Positions 61,906 through 64,000 of a stretch of DNA of 64,000 bases are shown here, piece after piece (position 1 is the first letter of the stretch; every line of letters starts with the position of its first letter). Origin of the DNA: an uncultured Nitrososphaerales archaeon. Its GTDB lineage: Archaea; Thermoproteota; Nitrososphaeria; Nitrososphaerales; Nitrososphaeraceae. The notes beneath the pieces were generated by a model that was given only the letters and a program-made list of their open reading frames with translations, had not been told where the DNA came from and ran no database searches. Position numbers and translations under genes: made by a program. The DNA lies in the NCBI GenBank assembly GCA_963841565.1, contig CAWJCY010000007.1, positions 1 through 64,000 on the forward strand. The letters are read 5' to 3'.

Positions 61906-61985
61906 ATTCACACCAAGCAATTCTAAAGCGGGTCCTCGATTAAGCAATTTAACACTTAAATACACCAAATTTTTCTGATGATCTA

Positions 61986-63240
61986 ATGTCAGAATCACTT
62001 AATCCATTTGAAGTTGCTGTAAAACAGCTGAGATGAGGCCGCAAAGCTGGCAAAACTTGACAAGGGAATGAGGGATATTCTCGCGAGCCCAAATCGTGTT
62101 TTGACAGTAGCAGTTCCAGCAAGGATGGACAATGGAAAAATAAAGGTTTACACCGGTTTCAGGTCTCAACATAATTCTGCGCGGGGACCTTACAAAGGTG
62201 GAATCCGATACCACCCTCAGGTTACTGTTGATGAAGTTAAGGCACTATCCATGTGGATGACTTGGAAGTGTGCTATTGCAAACATACCGTATGGTGGTGG
62301 CAAGGGAGGTATAATTTGCAACCCTAAGGAGTTGTCAGATAATGAACTTGAAAGGATTACAAGAAGATATGCCTATGCGATCGCAGATATCATTGGGCCC
62401 TTGACTGATATTCCTGCCCCAGATGTCTATACGGGGGGAAAGGAAATGGCATGGATCATGGATACTTATTCAGCACTTAAGGGGAATTATTTGCAACCTG
62501 ATGTAATTACAGGTAAGCCCCTTTCAATCGGTGGCTCCCTTGGACGTAATGAAGCCACTGGGCGGGGTGTTTCTATTACGGTTCGGGAGGCGGCAAAGAA
62601 GCTTGGCATCAATTTAAAAGGTGCCCCAGTTGCTATTCAAGGGTTCGGTAATGCGGGACAATTTGCTGCTAGTCTTTTAGCCGAGATGGGAATGAAAGTA
62701 ATTGCAGTGTCGGACTCTAAAGGTGCAGTTCATAATCGAGATGGTATAGCTGTCGATTCACTTCGTAGTCACAAATTGAAGAAAAGTACAGTCGCGGGTT
62801 TCCAAAGTGCTAGTTCGATAGATGACAAAGAGGTACTGGAGCTTGAATGCACTGTGTTAGTTCCAGCCGCGTTAGAAAATCAGATTACAAGATCTAACGC
62901 TGGAAAGGTAAAAGCAAAAATAGTTGCGGAAGCAGCAAATGGACCTACAACTCCAGATGCTGACGAAATTTTGTTTGGAAACAATGTTTTGGTCATTCCA
63001 GATATTCTTGCCAACGGAGGTGGAGTAACCGTTTCTTATTTTGAATGGTTACAGAACCTGCGGAGGGAGTACTGGAGTGAGGCGGAAGTAAATTCTAGAC
63101 TGGATTCTAACATCTCGTCGGCATTCAACGATGTATATAGCAATCACAAAGAATTCAACGTGAATATGAGAAAGGCTAGCACATTGCTTGCAATAAACAG
63201 AGTTGTCGAAGCGATGAAAATTAGAGGGCTATGGCCGTAG
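61986..63240 (+). CDS. gdhA: Glutamate dehydrogenase (+1 frameshift near 62031)
   Basis: MSESLNPFEVAVKQL/DEAAKL..; GPYKGGIRYHP, GGGKGG, PAPDV, QGFGNAG, EAANGP. Confidence 0.95.
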
Positions 63241-63267
63241 CCCCATTTCTTTTCTATTTGGTTTTTA

Positions 63268-63618
63268 TCACTCGGTACTGAATGAATGTCCACAAGAGCA
63301 ACTCTTAGTGACATTAGGATTGTTTATTTTGAATCCTGATCCCATCAGACTTTCTACATAATCAATATTAGCACCGCTCAAATGTCTCTGGCTATAGGTG
63401 TCTACCAAAACCTTCACGCCATTTTGCTCAATTACGCTGTCGTCATCATCGGGTTTTTCTTCGAAACCCATTCCATATGACAACCCAGAACACCCTCCAC
63501 CTGATACATAAACACGCAAGTAGAGATTAGTATTACCTTCCTGCTTCATAAATTCAGCTACCTTCTCTGCAGCTTTGTTCGTTATAGTTACGGCTTGACT
63601 CTGCTGTGCACTTTCCAT
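63268..63618 (-). CDS. HesB/IscA family Fe-S carrier
   Basis: GGGCSGLSY, NPN..SCSCGHSF. Confidence 0.93.
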   Translation of the reverse strand: MESAQQSQAVTITNKAAEKVAEFMKQEGNTNLYLRVYVSGGGCSGLSYGMGFEEKPDDDDSVIEQNGVKVLVDTYSQRHLSGANIDYVESLMGSGFKINNPNVTKSCSCGHSFSTE

Positions 63619-63720
63619 GTCAAGAAGTACGTCAGAATAAATATAATAACTTTTGCTTGAAAATAACAAACTTTTTTTATAGACGAATCAATTGTTGCTG
63701 GAATACCAATCCTTATATGA

Positions 63721-64000
63721 TCATGAAGATCGCACAAGTTGCCATTTCGCAAGGCTTCCCGCAGCCGTAGACCAAGTCGAAACAAAGTCGTACACTGGTA
63801 TATTTTTGGTTTCTATTTCTGCAGCTATTTTTCGAGTAAATGGGCCTCCCATTGCCCCCACCAAAATGGGTTTCTTCTTCAACTCCTGAAACCCTGCGAG
63901 GACATCTACGATCGTCTCCTCTAGAGGATCGTCTTGAAACACGAACCAAGGCATTATGATATCCACATTCGGGTCGTCCATAAAGGCCTGAATAGCGAAT
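63721..64000 (-). CDS. C-terminal fragment of ADP-forming acyl-CoA synthetase, probably 3-hydroxypropionyl-CoA synthetase (3HP/4HB cycle)
   Basis: [28 protein letters not shown] recalled as typical of the AOA enzyme; truncated by window edge. Confidence 0.75.
   Translation of the reverse strand, partial: FAIQAFMDDPNVDIIMPWFVFQDDPLEETIVDVLAGFQELKKKPILVGAMGGPFTRKIAAEIETKNIPVYDFVSTWSTAAGSLAKWQLVRSS

Overview
Chromosomal fragment of an ammonia-oxidising archaeon (Nitrososphaerota, most like soil Nitrososphaeraceae). This assignment rests on the C-terminus of the 3-hydroxypropionyl-CoA synthetase, AOA-type small proteins, archaeal information genes and BHB-intron tRNAs. The first ~10 kb is accessory-like (K+ channel, SHOCT, SnoaL, nitroreductase, class III cyclase, dodecin, remnants). 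The rest is mostly core: AglB, DRG, MscL, cofE, leuCD-like, EndoV, three tRNAs, endA, rpl10e, the ksgA-rpo4-rpl21e cluster, radA, a complete sirC-hemABLC-cobA-hemD operon, sufBD, a two-component pair, ribL/ribK, dnaG, tatA, gdhA and iscA. About ten genes, including normally indispensable ones, carry single-base frameshifts (almost all +1), which points to assembly error rather than decay. The most notable observations are: (1) unannotated box C/D-like sRNAs, one whose two guides match, in the correct order, the upstream region of the neighbouring ferredoxin-fusion gene, and one lying next to tRNA-Glu with a guide antisense to that tRNA's D-loop; (2) an AglB oligosaccharyltransferase fused to a cyclophilin through a sequon-rich linker; (3) an uncharacterised winged-helix + AAA+ ATPase(-nuclease-fold) operon; (4) a zinc-less Zfx-type ferredoxin fused to an unknown domain; (5) several metal-binding microproteins missed by the ORF track. 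All family calls are from motif recognition by eye; no database searches were run.
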